NCBI GenBank assembly: GCA_027021705.1 | Contig: JALUTT010000048.1 | Span: 83,654 to 147,653 of the forward strand | Origin: Anaerolineae bacterium | GTDB taxonomy: Bacteria > Chloroflexota > Anaerolineae > S140-20 | Length of the DNA stretch: 64,000 nucleotides | Direction: 5' to 3' | Part shown: positions 29,492-39,156 of the stretch, piece by piece | How positions within the stretch are numbered: the stretch's first letter is position 1 | Layout: the number at the start of each line of letters is the position of its first letter | Notes under the pieces: model-generated | What the model was told of the DNA's origin: nothing | The model's input: only the letters and a program-made list of their open reading frames with translations | Databases searched by the model: none | Position numbers and translations under genes: made by a program

Positions 29492-30298
29492 ATGGGGCGG
29501 AAGAGGGAGAGCAAGGGCTGGGAAGGGGATGGGGGGAGGTCGGTGACGCTGACTGCTGTCCCCGGTATCCCCCTCATCCGACCGGGCGATGACCTGGCCG
29601 CCATCATCCTGGAGCGGATGGCGGCGGCCGGCCTAGCCTTCCAGCCGGGCGACATCCTCGTCGTCTGCCAGAAGGTGATCTCCAAGGCGGAGGGCCGGTT
29701 GGTCCGCCTGGCCGAGGTCATCCCCTCGCCAGAGGCGCTGGCCCTGGCGGCCAGAGCCCGCAAGGACCCCCGCCTGGTGGAACTGATCCTACAGGAGTCG
29801 CGGGCTGTGCTGCGAGTGCGGCCCGGGCTGATCATCGTTGAGCACCGGCTGGGCTGGGTCTGTGCCAACGCCGGGATTGACCGCTCCAACGTAGCGGAAC
29901 CGGAGGACGACGGCTGGGTCCTGCTGCTGCCGGAGGACCCAGACCGGTCCGCCCAGACGCTGCGCCGGCGTCTCCACGAGGCGACGGGCATCCCGGTGGC
30001 GGTCATCGTCAACGACACCCACGGCCGCCCCTTCCGCCTGGGGGCCGTGGGGGTGGCCATCGGGGTGGCCGGCCTGGCCCCCGTGGCCGACCTGCGGGGG
30101 CAGCCGGACCTCTTTGGGCGGGCCTTGCAGACGACGACGGTGGGGCTGGCCGACGAGGTGGCCTCGGCTGCCTCGATGGTGATGGGGCAGGCGGACGAGG
30201 GCCGTCCCGTCGTCCTGGTGCGGGGGCTGACCTACCCGCCGGGCGAGGGGGCTGCCCGGGACCTTCAGCGCTCCTCGGAGAAGGACCTGTTCCGATAG
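29492..30298 (+). CDS. cofE: Coenzyme F420-0:L-glutamate ligase
   Basis: QKVISKAEGR, CANAGIDRSN, LPEDPD, DTHGRPFR, ADEVAS. Confidence 0.93.
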   Translation: MGRKRESKGWEGDGGRSVTLTAVPGIPLIRPGDDLAAIILERMAAAGLAFQPGDILVVCQKVISKAEGRLVRLAEVIPSPEALALAARARKDPRLVELILQESRAVLRVRPGLIIVEHRLGWVCANAGIDRSNVAEPEDDGWVLLLPEDPDRSAQTLRRRLHEATGIPVAVIVNDTHGRPFRLGAVGVAIGVAGLAPVADLRGQPDLFGRALQTTTVGLADEVASAASMVMGQADEGRPVVLVRGLTYPPGEGAARDLQRSSEKDLFR

Positions 30299-30313
30299 GA
30301 GGCCGGACGGACG

Positions 30314-31180
30314 GTGCGGCATCGGGATGACTGGCAGGCGGTGGTGGTCGGCCTGGCACCGGCGGGCCTCATCGGGTTAACCTTCATCGTCCTTCCCGTC
30401 GCCTTTTCCCTCTACCTGACCCTCTGGGATTGGCCTCTCATCGGGCCGGGACGGCGCTTCATCGGACTGGCCAACTTCGTCCGCCTGCTCCGCGATCCCC
30501 ACTTCTGGCAGGCGTTCCGGGTGACGGTCCTCTACGTCCTGGGCAGCGTTCCTATGGAGACGGCCCTGGCCCTCCTGCTGGCCCTCCTGCTCCGCCGCCC
30601 GTCGCCCCGGCGAGCCCTCTATCGGATGGCGCTCTTCCTGCCCGTTGTCCTCTCCTCGGTCGTCGTGGCCCTCTTCTGGAAGTGGGCCTATCAGCCTCAG
30701 ATCGGGCCGATCAACCGGCTCCTGCGCCTGCTGGGGTTGCCCGGGCCGGGCTGGTTGGCCGATCCCCACTGGGCCTTGCCGGCCCTCGTCCTGATCCACC
30801 TTTGGCGTTTCGCCGGCTACCACGCTGTGCTCTTCATCGCCGGCCTGCGGACCATCCCCTCGGTCTACTATGAGGTGGCCCTGCTGGACGGCGCAGGACG
30901 CTGGGCCTGTTTCCGCCACGTCACTTGGCCCCTCCTCTGGCCCACGACGGCCTTGGTGCTCATCACCGGCACCATCTTCGCCTTTCAGCTTTTCGGCCCC
31001 GTCTACGTCCTCACCGGTGGCGGGCCGGTGCGCAGCACGACGACGCTGGCCTTCTACCTCTACGAGCGGGCCTTTGGCTTTCGGGAGATGGGCTACGGGG
31101 CGGCCATCGGCTGGGCCCTCTTCCTGGTCCTCTTCCCCTTGGTTGCCCTGCAGTTTCGCGTGAGGCGTGAGCCAGTGTAG
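30314..31180 (+). CDS. Carbohydrate ABC transporter permease (MalF/UgpA-like)
   Basis: FIGLANF, AGLRTIP..YYEVALLDGA (EAA motif), LTGGGP. Confidence 0.9.
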   Translation: MRHRDDWQAVVVGLAPAGLIGLTFIVLPVAFSLYLTLWDWPLIGPGRRFIGLANFVRLLRDPHFWQAFRVTVLYVLGSVPMETALALLLALLLRRPSPRRALYRMALFLPVVLSSVVVALFWKWAYQPQIGPINRLLRLLGLPGPGWLADPHWALPALVLIHLWRFAGYHAVLFIAGLRTIPSVYYEVALLDGAGRWACFRHVTWPLLWPTTALVLITGTIFAFQLFGPVYVLTGGGPVRSTTTLAFYLYERAFGFREMGYGAAIGWALFLVLFPLVALQFRVRREPV

Positions 31181-31189
31181 GGGGTAGGT

Positions 31190-32026
31190 GTGATGGAACA
31201 ACCTCCGAACTCCAACCGTCTGCCCTCAGGACCTGACCGCCGGGGCCTCACAGGCTACGGCGTCGGTTTTGGGGAGTTGGTGCTGGTCGTTGCAGCAGGG
31301 ATCGCGCTGGCTCCGCTGGGGTGGGCTTTGGCGTTGGCCGTCAGCGCTGGCCCTTCTCCCTGGAGCGCTTTCTTCCGGGCCCTGGCCGCCGCGCCGCTGG
31401 CCCGCTACCTGCTCAACAGCCTGCTGGTATCCGGCGTCACGGCGCTGGGGCAGGTGGCGGTGGCGACGCCGGCCGCCTACGTCTTCGCCCGGCTCCGCTT
31501 TCCTGGCCGCGATGGGCTCTTTGCCCTCTACCTGGGCACGCTCATCATCCCCCATCACGTGACGCTGCTGCCCGCCTTCCTGTTGATGCGCTGGCTGGGC
31601 TGGCTGGACCACTACCAAGCCCTCGTCGTGCCGGCCCTGGCTCACCCTTTCGCCCTCTTCGTCCTGCGACAGTTCTTCCTCAGCGTGCCCCCAGAGCTGG
31701 AGGATGCGGCGCGGATGGATGGCTGCTCCCGCTGGATGGTCCTCCTCCGGGTGCTCTTGCCCCTCTCCCGGCCGGCTCTGGTCACGGTGGGGCTTTTCAG
31801 TTTCCTCTGGTCCTGGAACAGCTTTCTCTGGCCCCTCGTTGTGCTGCAGACACCGACCCGCTACACCTTGCCTGTCGGGCTGGCGATGCTCCAGAGCGAG
31901 GTGGGCACCGACTGGCCGGTGCTGATGGCCGCAGCCCTCATCGCCGCCACGCCGGTCTTGCTCCTCTTCCTGTTCGCCCAGCGTTCCCTGGTGCACAGCA
32001 TCACCTTCGCCGAAGGGTCTACGTAG
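31190..32026 (+). CDS. Carbohydrate ABC transporter permease (MalG/UgpE-like)
   Basis: LRQFFLSVPPELEDAARMDG, WNSFLWP, TLPVGL. Confidence 0.9.
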   Translation: MMEQPPNSNRLPSGPDRRGLTGYGVGFGELVLVVAAGIALAPLGWALALAVSAGPSPWSAFFRALAAAPLARYLLNSLLVSGVTALGQVAVATPAAYVFARLRFPGRDGLFALYLGTLIIPHHVTLLPAFLLMRWLGWLDHYQALVVPALAHPFALFVLRQFFLSVPPELEDAARMDGCSRWMVLLRVLLPLSRPALVTVGLFSFLWSWNSFLWPLVVLQTPTRYTLPVGLAMLQSEVGTDWPVLMAAALIAATPVLLLFLFAQRSLVHSITFAEGST

Positions 32027-32132
32027 CGCGGAGACGACCGGCATAGGTGGTCAGGTTTCTGGGAGAGCGGTATAATGGGCTCTGGCTTAAGCGCTTTACT
32101 TCACAAGAATATGCGATTAGGAGGGTGCGAAA

Positions 32133-34295
32133 GTGGGCGTTGAAAAGAGTGCACTTCACCCCTTTCAAGCGGCTTCAGCACGCCTGGTGGAGTGGCTAAA
32201 CCGTCATCCGCTCCCGGAACCCGCGATAATCATCCTGACGTCCGTCGTTGTCGGCGTGGGTGCTGGCTTCGGGGCCGTGGTCTTCCGCTGGCTCATTGCC
32301 ACCATCAAGCGGCTGGCCTTTGAGGGTGTTGGGGAGATGGTCGGTTTTCCTGCCCCTCCGGCCCTGATCCTCATCCCGGCAGCCGGCGGGTTGCTCTTCG
32401 GTCCCCTCATCTACTTCTTCGCCCGCGAGGCCAAAGGGCACGGCGTCCCAGAGGTGATGGAAGCGGTGGCCCTGCGGGGTGGGCGGATTCGCCCCCGCGT
32501 GGCTGTGGTCAAGTCCCTGGCCTCATCGCTCTGCATCGGCACCGGGGGCTCTGTGGGACGCGAGGGACCCATCGTCCAGATCGGGTCCGCCCTGGGCTCG
32601 ACGGTAGGGCAACTTCTGGACCTCTCCGACGATCGGATCCGCAGCTTGGTCGCCTGTGGTGCGGCTGGGGGCATCGCCGCTACCTTCAACGCCCCCATCG
32701 CCGGCGCCCTCTTCGCCCTAGAGATCATTTTGGGACAGTTTCAGGCTACCTACTTCGGCGCAGTCGTCATCTCGGCCGTGACCTCCGACGTGATCGCCCA
32801 ACTCTTCCTGGGCGAGGAGCGCGCCTTTCTGGTGCCTCCCTACTCCTTGGTCAGCCCTTGGGAGTTGCTCCTGTACGCCCTGTTGGGGGTTCTGGCAGCT
32901 TTCGTTGCCGTGGGCTTCTCTCGGCTCCTCTACGTAGCCGAGGACCTTTTCGACGCCTGGCACTTCCCTGAGTACTTGAAGCCGGTGATCGGTGGAGCGC
33001 TCCTGGGGCTCTTGGGCCTTTTGGCCCCCCGCCTCGGCGGAGGCTTTCCCCGCATCTTCGGTGTCGGCTACGACTCCATCAGTGATGCCCTCTTCGGTCG
33101 GTTGGCTATGACGACAGCCCTCTTGCTGCTGGTGCTGAAGCTCCTGGCCACCTCTCTGACCTTGGGCTCTGGAGGTTCCGGCGGTGTCTTCGCCCCTTCG
33201 CTCTTCATGGGGGCTATGCTGGGTCAGACCTTTGGCACGGTGGTCCATCGCCTGTTCCCCCAGGTCACAGCACCGCCGGGGGGGTACGCACTGGTGGGGA
33301 TGGCTTCCGTCTTCGCCGGGGCAGCCCACGCGCCGATCACTGCCATCATCATCCTCTTCGAGATGACGGGGGACTACAACATCATCCTCCCCTTGATGTT
33401 CGGCACGGTCGTGAGCACCTTGATCAGCCGCGGCCTCAGCTACGAGTCCATCTACACGCTGAAGTTGGTCCGGCGGGGAGTGCACCTGCGCCAGGGACAG
33501 GATATTGACGTGATGCAGGCGGTGACGGTGGGCGAGGCGATGAGCACCCAGGTGGACACGGTGCCGCCCGACATGAGCCTCCAAGAGTTGGCCCGGGCTT
33601 TCACCGAGACCCATCACCACGGCTTCCCGGTGACCGATGAGGAGGGGAATCTGCTGGGGATCGTCAGCATCCGGGACCTGGAGGAGGCTATGGCTCGGGG
33701 GCCGATAGACGGGCTGACGGTGGCCGACATCGCCACGATGGACAACCTGGTCGTGGCCTACCCCCACGAGCCGATGTGGGTGGCGCTGCGCCGCCTGGGA
33801 AGCCGGGACCTGAGCCGCCTGCCGGTGCTGGAGGCGGAAGGATCGCGCAAGCTGGTGGGGGTCGTCCGCCGCAGCGACATCATCCGGGCCTACAACGCCG
33901 CCATCCTGGCGCGAGCGCAGCAGCAACATCGGGTGGAGCAGTTGCGCTTGGGCCGGCTGGATGGGGTCCGCTTTATGGAATTCGACGTGGCGCCGGGAGC
34001 GCCGGTGGCGGGCAAGGCGCTGCGCGACCTGAAGCTGCCGGAGAACTGCCTGGTCGTCTCGGTGCGCCGGGGGCGCAAGCTCTACGTCGCCCAGGCCCAT
34101 ACGGTGCTGCTGCCGGGGGACCACGTGACGATCTTCGCGCCCGACGAGTGTTCCCCGGAGTTGGCCCGCCTCTTGACCGGCCGGCCTGGCCTCTCCCTCT
34201 CGGAGTCGGAGGAGGAAAAGGAGGCGGTGTTGGAGGAGGCCCCTGAAGGGGAGCGGGAATCGGCAAGAGAACCCTCGGGCGAGGTGGGAACGTAG
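32133..34295 (+). CDS. ClC family chloride channel/antiporter with CBS pair and TrkA_C domain
   Basis: GHGVPE, GREGP, GGVFAP, CBS (HHGFPV; SRLPV), TrkA_C (GKALRDLKLP..LLPGD); TATAAT at 32071. Confidence 0.92.
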   Translation: MGVEKSALHPFQAASARLVEWLNRHPLPEPAIIILTSVVVGVGAGFGAVVFRWLIATIKRLAFEGVGEMVGFPAPPALILIPAAGGLLFGPLIYFFAREAKGHGVPEVMEAVALRGGRIRPRVAVVKSLASSLCIGTGGSVGREGPIVQIGSALGSTVGQLLDLSDDRIRSLVACGAAGGIAATFNAPIAGALFALEIILGQFQATYFGAVVISAVTSDVIAQLFLGEERAFLVPPYSLVSPWELLLYALLGVLAAFVAVGFSRLLYVAEDLFDAWHFPEYLKPVIGGALLGLLGLLAPRLGGGFPRIFGVGYDSISDALFGRLAMTTALLLLVLKLLATSLTLGSGGSGGVFAPSLFMGAMLGQTFGTVVHRLFPQVTAPPGGYALVGMASVFAGAAHAPITAIIILFEMTGDYNIILPLMFGTVVSTLISRGLSYESIYTLKLVRRGVHLRQGQDIDVMQAVTVGEAMSTQVDTVPPDMSLQELARAFTETHHHGFPVTDEEGNLLGIVSIRDLEEAMARGPIDGLTVADIATMDNLVVAYPHEPMWVALRRLGSRDLSRLPVLEAEGSRKLVGVVRRSDIIRAYNAAILARAQQQHRVEQLRLGRLDGVRFMEFDVAPGAPVAGKALRDLKLPENCLVVSVRRGRKLYVAQAHTVLLPGDHVTIFAPDECSPELARLLTGRPGLSLSESEEEKEAVLEEAPEGERESAREPSGEVGT

Positions 34296-34597
34296 GAGGC
34301 CCTTGCAGGGCCGAATGTAGCCGAACGGAGGAGGCCCTTGGAGGGCCGAACTGGGCCGACCCGGGGTGGGGTGGGGGCGTAGGAGGCCCTTGAAGGGCCG
34401 GCTCGGGGTGGGGTGGGGACGTAGGAGGCCCTTGCAGGGCCGACGTAGCCGAACGGAGGAGGCCCTTGGAAGGCCGGCTCGGGGTGGGGTGGGGACGTAG
34501 GAGGCCCTTGCCGGGCCGAACGTAGCCGAACGTAGGAGGCCCTTGGAAGGCCGGCTCGGGGTGGGATGGGGACGTAGGTGGCCCTTGCAGGGCCGAC
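34291..34597 (+). repeat. Cluster of 8 co-oriented GTAG-type REP-like hairpins interleaved with G-run spacers
   Basis: CG(T/G)AGGAGGCCCTTGNNGGGCCG units at about 34291, 34326, 34378, 34420, 34454, 34496, 34531, 34573; spacers AACGTAGCCGAA-like or GCTCGGGGTGGGGTGGGG. Confidence 0.9.
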
Positions 34598-34747
34598 CTT
34601 GCCGAGCCGAGTGTAAAAGGGATCGGGTGGCGGGGGTGGGGACGGGCATTGAGAGGGGGGAAAACCCATCCCCACTGCCCGCCGCGTGGGAAAGACGGCC
34701 CTGGCCGCCGAGCCATCCTCTGGTCGGTTGGCCGGGGCCGCGCTTTG

Positions 34748-36337
34748 CTAGCCTGAGCCGGAGGCACTGCTCCCCGCCGTGACCTGGAAGATGACGGCGT
34801 CGTCGTCGCGGTAGACCTCGACCAAATTGGGGTCCTCAGCCGCCTTCTCTAGGAAGGCTTTGTGGGCCAGGTCGGTGAAGACGTAGTGGGCCCCGAAGCG
34901 CTCGCTGATGACCTGGGAGGGGCGCTCCACTCGGCCCTGGGTGATCTCCACCCAGAGATCGTAGAGCTCCGCATCGTAGCGCTGCATGTAGGTCGGATCC
35001 AGGCCCACGATGTAGGTGTTGTGGGTGTTGTAGAAGAAGAGGCGGGGGAAATCATCCCAGTCGGTCTGGAAGACGCGGCTGCCGGCCGGTGTGTGGGCCT
35101 GAAGCCAGGCGGCGGCCTCAGCATAGCGCTCGTAGGGTTTGGAGCGTTGCAAGCTCTCCCGAGAGGCTTGCAGGTTGGAGGGCAGCGTTAGCAGCAGGAT
35201 CGCCCCCATCAAGCCGATGGAGATTCGGTGGCGCCAGCGGTGGCCCTGTGCCTCCCACCGTCGGATGAGAGGGCTCCAGGCGAGGGCAGCAAAGGCCAGG
35301 GCAAAAGCGGGGAAGTACTCCACGAAGCGCCGGGATTTGAAGAGCATAAAGCCAAAGAGCAGGGTGAGCAGCAGGCCCGTCGCCGTTGGGGCGTCCATAC
35401 GCCGGTCGTGGAGGCCCAGGGCGAGGATGCCGGACAGAAAGGCGATCAGGGCCAGCCCGGAGTTCTCCAACAACTGGGTGGTCTTGTAGGGATACCACTC
35501 GCTGCCCACACCGGGGGCTGTCGGGTTGAGCACCTTGGGGCCGAGATGATGGTAGATGAAGAGGAGGTTGTTGGGGAAGTAGGGATGGATGAGCAGGCCC
35601 AGCGCCACTCCCAGGCCGACGTAGGCCAGGGGCCGCCATTCCAGTTGTCCGTCGGACAGCCAGCGGGCGACCCCATAGGCCCCTGCCACCAGCAGGATCA
35701 TAGGAAAGCCGTTGTAGAGCCACACGTAGAAGAAGGCCAAGGGGACCAACCGGCGGTGTCGGCCCGTGAGAAGCCAGTGCCACGCCACTATCAGCGCGGC
35801 CAGGGAGAGGGACTGCGCCCGGGGCATGCTCATCCGGTAGATGAACGCCTCGGAGACCACCAGCAGGCCGGCCGTCCACAGGGCGGCGTAGGGGACGCGC
35901 TGCCTTCGCAGCAGCCACCAGAAGCTCAGGAAAGCCACGGCGGGGAAGAGGACGCTGGCCATCTTAGCCCCCAACCGCAGGTCGCCGAAGGTGAAGGGGA
36001 TGAGAAGGACGTGGAAGAGGAAGTGGTGATCCACAAAGCGGTCGGCGTTCAGCACGGTGAGCGCGAGCCAGTCAAAAGGTAGTCGCCACCCCTCTGTGCG
36101 CATCAGGTAGGCCATCTTGATGTGGTAGTAACCATCGTTGCCCACCAAGTTGGGCGTGGCGAATTGGACAGCAGTTAGAAAGAGGACCAAGGCGCTGAAA
36201 AGGGCTGTCCCTGTCAGCAGAGGGTATTGGTCAGGGTGTGACACACGCAGCCCAAGGGTCGTTGACGGTGCTCGTTGGCCTCCCTCGGCGAAGACCGTCG
36301 GCCTCGGTGTGGAGGCAGCGTACTTCCTGCTTCTCAT
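34748..36337 (-). CDS. Polytopic membrane protein, GT-C glycosyltransferase-like
   Basis: TM1 followed by DGYYHIK loop, about 11 TM helices, C-terminal soluble domain (AAAWL..TP..VF..WDD). Confidence 0.6.
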   Translation of the reverse strand: MRSRKYAASTPRPTVFAEGGQRAPSTTLGLRVSHPDQYPLLTGTALFSALVLFLTAVQFATPNLVGNDGYYHIKMAYLMRTEGWRLPFDWLALTVLNADRFVDHHFLFHVLLIPFTFGDLRLGAKMASVLFPAVAFLSFWWLLRRQRVPYAALWTAGLLVVSEAFIYRMSMPRAQSLSLAALIVAWHWLLTGRHRRLVPLAFFYVWLYNGFPMILLVAGAYGVARWLSDGQLEWRPLAYVGLGVALGLLIHPYFPNNLLFIYHHLGPKVLNPTAPGVGSEWYPYKTTQLLENSGLALIAFLSGILALGLHDRRMDAPTATGLLLTLLFGFMLFKSRRFVEYFPAFALAFAALAWSPLIRRWEAQGHRWRHRISIGLMGAILLLTLPSNLQASRESLQRSKPYERYAEAAAWLQAHTPAGSRVFQTDWDDFPRLFFYNTHNTYIVGLDPTYMQRYDAELYDLWVEITQGRVERPSQVISERFGAHYVFTDLAHKAFLEKAAEDPNLVEVYRDDDAVIFQVTAGSSASGSG

Positions 36338-36436
36338 CTCCTTCCCTTCCGAGCCCGTGGAGCGGCTGGGTTGGCTGACCGTGTGGCCCCTACCCGGCGG
36401 TGGGGGGAAGGTCTAGACTCTTCCTGGACGGCGGCC

Positions 36437-37930
36437 CTATGGGACACTGTTCTCATTCTCGTTGTCGTTCTCGTTCCCGTTGCCATTCTCGTTTCCGTTC
36501 TCGTTGTCGTTGTCATCGGAGGGCGTCGGGGTAGGCGTGTAGGTGTAGGTTGGGGTGGGTGTCGGCGTTGGCGTCGGCGTGTAGGTGTAGGTTGGAGAGG
36601 GCGTCGGCGTCGGTTCTGGGCTCGCCGTGTAGGTTGGTGTCGGGGTGTAGGTGGGCGTTGGCGTGGGCGTCGGCGTGTGGACGGACTCCGACGTCTCCGT
36701 GGGCTCCGGTGTCTCCGACGGTTCCGGCGTCTCCGTCTCCCCGGGCCTGGGCGTATGGGTGGGTTCCGGAGTTTCCGTGGTCTCGGGGGTCTCCGACGGT
36801 TCTGGCGTCTCCGTCTCCTCGGGCCTAGGTGTATGGGTGGGTTCCGGAGTTTCCGTGGTCTCTGTGGGCTCCGGCGTCTCCGTCGGCTTCCCTTCCGGCG
36901 TCTGTTCCATCTCCGGGGTCTCCGTAGGCTCCCCCTCGGCCAGGGTCTCAGGCGTGGGCGTCGCCGTCAGGGTGAGCGTGGGTTGCCCCGTGGGCGAGGG
37001 CGTCGGCGTCACCGAAGGGGTGGCCGTCGGCGTCCCCGTCGGCGAGGGGGTGGCCGGTGAAGGGGATGGGGTCTCGGCGGCCGGCGGAAGGGTCTCCGGC
37101 GGCGAGGTCGTTGGCATCACCGTCTGCGTCGGTGTGGGCGAGCCCGTCGGCTTCGATGGTGTGGCTTCCTCGCCGGGCGTGGCCGTCGGTGTCTCGGTGG
37201 GCGGGATCGGAGGTGGCTCGACCTGCAACTGAAGGGCCAGCAGCCGGCCTGGCCCCTCGATCCGGGCACGGACCTTCACCCGTGCGCCCACGACGGGCTC
37301 CCCCTCCACCTCTGTCTCCGCGCCCACCTGGACCGACAGCCCGCTGACCGTCCAGGTGCTCGCCCCGAGCGCTTCGATCTCCCCTTCAAACCGGACGACG
37401 ACAGGCCGTCCGGTGGGGAGCAGCGCTTCCACCTCCTTCCGCCGTTCCTGGGCGAAGCGGGCCAAGAGCTGGGCGCGGGCGGCCGGGCTGAAGGCCAGGA
37501 AGAGCTGCACTTCCTCGCTGGCCCGCTTGACCGGGTAGAGGGGGTCGCCGGGTAGGCTCTCGGAGGCCAGGACGACGCTCAGGCTGCTGCCGATCACGAC
37601 AACGACCAAAAGCATCGCCACGGCGGTCCGCCAGGCCGGCGCCGGGGAGAGGAGCCCCCCCAGGAGCCGACCGATGCGCTCCAGCAGGGTGGGGGGTGGA
37701 GCCGCTTGCTTCTTCGCCGCCAGCGCGGCCAGCATCCGCTCCCGTCCGGCTTGGACCGCTTCCGGTCGGGCCTGGGGACGGGGCAGGGCGCGGATCTCGG
37801 CCATCAAGGTGAGATACGGGCGGAGGGCGTCGGCCTGCTCGGGGTAGCGGGCCAGACATTCCTCGACACTCGCCCCGGCGCGAAGCTGGAGGAGGCATTC
37901 TTCCAAGAGGGTTTCGATGTCACGGCTCAT
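36437..37930 (-). CDS. Putative anti-sigma factor (DUF5667 + DUF5666, Pro/Thr-rich stalk)
   Basis: SLPGDPLYPVKRASE (DUF5667), one TM, W-V-G..V...T (DUF5666), PT/ETPEP repeats, N/E/D tail; overlaps the sigma factor stop. Confidence 0.8.
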   Translation of the reverse strand: MSRDIETLLEECLLQLRAGASVEECLARYPEQADALRPYLTLMAEIRALPRPQARPEAVQAGRERMLAALAAKKQAAPPPTLLERIGRLLGGLLSPAPAWRTAVAMLLVVVVIGSSLSVVLASESLPGDPLYPVKRASEEVQLFLAFSPAARAQLLARFAQERRKEVEALLPTGRPVVVRFEGEIEALGASTWTVSGLSVQVGAETEVEGEPVVGARVKVRARIEGPGRLLALQLQVEPPPIPPTETPTATPGEEATPSKPTGSPTPTQTVMPTTSPPETLPPAAETPSPSPATPSPTGTPTATPSVTPTPSPTGQPTLTLTATPTPETLAEGEPTETPEMEQTPEGKPTETPEPTETTETPEPTHTPRPEETETPEPSETPETTETPEPTHTPRPGETETPEPSETPEPTETSESVHTPTPTPTPTYTPTPTYTASPEPTPTPSPTYTYTPTPTPTPTPTYTYTPTPTPSDDNDNENGNENGNGNENDNENENSVP

Positions 37931-38480
37931 AGCACTTCTCTTTGTTCAGGGCGCGGCGGAGGGCGGCCAATGCTCGGTGTTGCAGCGCTTTGACAGCGCC
38001 TTCGGTCTTGGCCAGGATGGCGGCGACCTCGGCGTTGCTTCGGTCCTCGACGAACTTCAGCAGGATCACTTGACGCTGATCCTCGGTCAGGTGACGCAGG
38101 GCCTTCGCCAGACATTCCCGGGTGAGCGTCCGCTCGGCCACCTGGGCCGGCTGGCTCTCGTCGTCTTCGGCGACCAGGCGCTCCTCCAGCGGCAGTGACG
38201 GAGCCCGCTCCAGACGGCGGTGGCGGTCTATGATCAGGTTCCGGGCGATGGTGTAGAGCCAGGAGAGGAGAGGCCGATCCTGGACCTGGAAGGTGTGGAT
38301 CTTCTCCACCAGACGCACGAAGACGTCGGCCGTCAGGTCCTCGGCGGCTTCAGCATCTCCTACCCGGTAGAAGATGTAGGTATAGATGGTGGGCTGGTAG
38401 CGCTCATAGAGCTCGGCGAAGGCCTCTGGGTCCCCTTGCTGAGCCCGCCGCACCAACCGGGCTTCGCGTTCCGAGATCAC
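37920..38480 (-). CDS. ECF RNA polymerase sigma factor
   Basis: GDPEAFAELY, AEDLTADVF, SWLYTIARN, EVAAIL..GAVKALQHRAL. Confidence 0.93.
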   Translation of the reverse strand: MISEREARLVRRAQQGDPEAFAELYERYQPTIYTYIFYRVGDAEAAEDLTADVFVRLVEKIHTFQVQDRPLLSWLYTIARNLIIDRHRRLERAPSLPLEERLVAEDDESQPAQVAERTLTRECLAKALRHLTEDQRQVILLKFVEDRSNAEVAAILAKTEGAVKALQHRALAALRRALNKEKCYEP

Positions 38481-38610
38481 CGCTCGTCCCCCCTCACCCT
38501 GTCTAACGTCGAAGGGGTGTGGAAGATACGGGGAACCTGTGGTACAATCCGGCAACGATCAGGGATTTTCAACGCTTTCCTTTCCAGGATTGAAGCGGTT
38601 GAGGCGTTCT

Positions 38611-39144
38611 ATGGATTGGCAGGTCTTGGGCAATGCGTTGCTCATCTTCGTGCTGAGGGTTACCGATGTCTCGATAGCGACCGTTCGGACGATCCTCATC
38701 ATCCGGGGGAAGCGAGGCGCTTCGGCAGCCCTGGGCTTCGTCCAGGCGACCATCTTCGTCCTGGCGGTCGGACGGGCGGTCCAGGACATCGGCAATCTGT
38801 GGAATGTGCTGGGATACGCCGGCGGGTTCGCCGTGGGCACGCTGGTTGGGATGTGGATTGAAGAGAAGCTGGCCCTGGGCTACGTCCACGTGCGGGTCTT
38901 CGCCCGAAAGCGGGGCCGGGAACTGGCCTCCTTGCTGCGGGACGCCGGCTACGGCGTCACCGAAACCCTCTCCGAAGGGCTGGAGGGGTACGTGGACACC
39001 ATAGACATCCTGGTCCAGCGCAAGGTGCTGCCCCAGCTCTTGGCCCAGATCCGGGAGCACAACCCGGCGGCGATGGTCACGGTCGAGGAGACGCGCTCTG
39101 TCTACCGGGGGTACATGCCCCGCCTCGGGCGCAACGGGGGGTAG
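38611..39144 (+). CDS. DUF2179/DUF5698 (UPF0316-like) membrane protein
   Basis: LRVTDVSIATVR, YAGGFAVG..EEKLALG; TGGTACAAT at 38540-38548. Confidence 0.85.
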   Translation: MDWQVLGNALLIFVLRVTDVSIATVRTILIIRGKRGASAALGFVQATIFVLAVGRAVQDIGNLWNVLGYAGGFAVGTLVGMWIEEKLALGYVHVRVFARKRGRELASLLRDAGYGVTETLSEGLEGYVDTIDILVQRKVLPQLLAQIREHNPAAMVTVEETRSVYRGYMPRLGRNGG

Positions 39145-39156
39145 CCCCGCGACCCC

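Noticed and set aside
34291..34597. Possible CRISPR array
   Set aside because: The spacers are themselves repeated (two types) and short, and no cas genes are present; fits a REP cluster better.
36334..36516. Small ORF or frameshifted extension of the anti-sigma factor
   Set aside because: Alternative frame of the N/E/D repeat tail; the anti-sigma ends plausibly at 36437.
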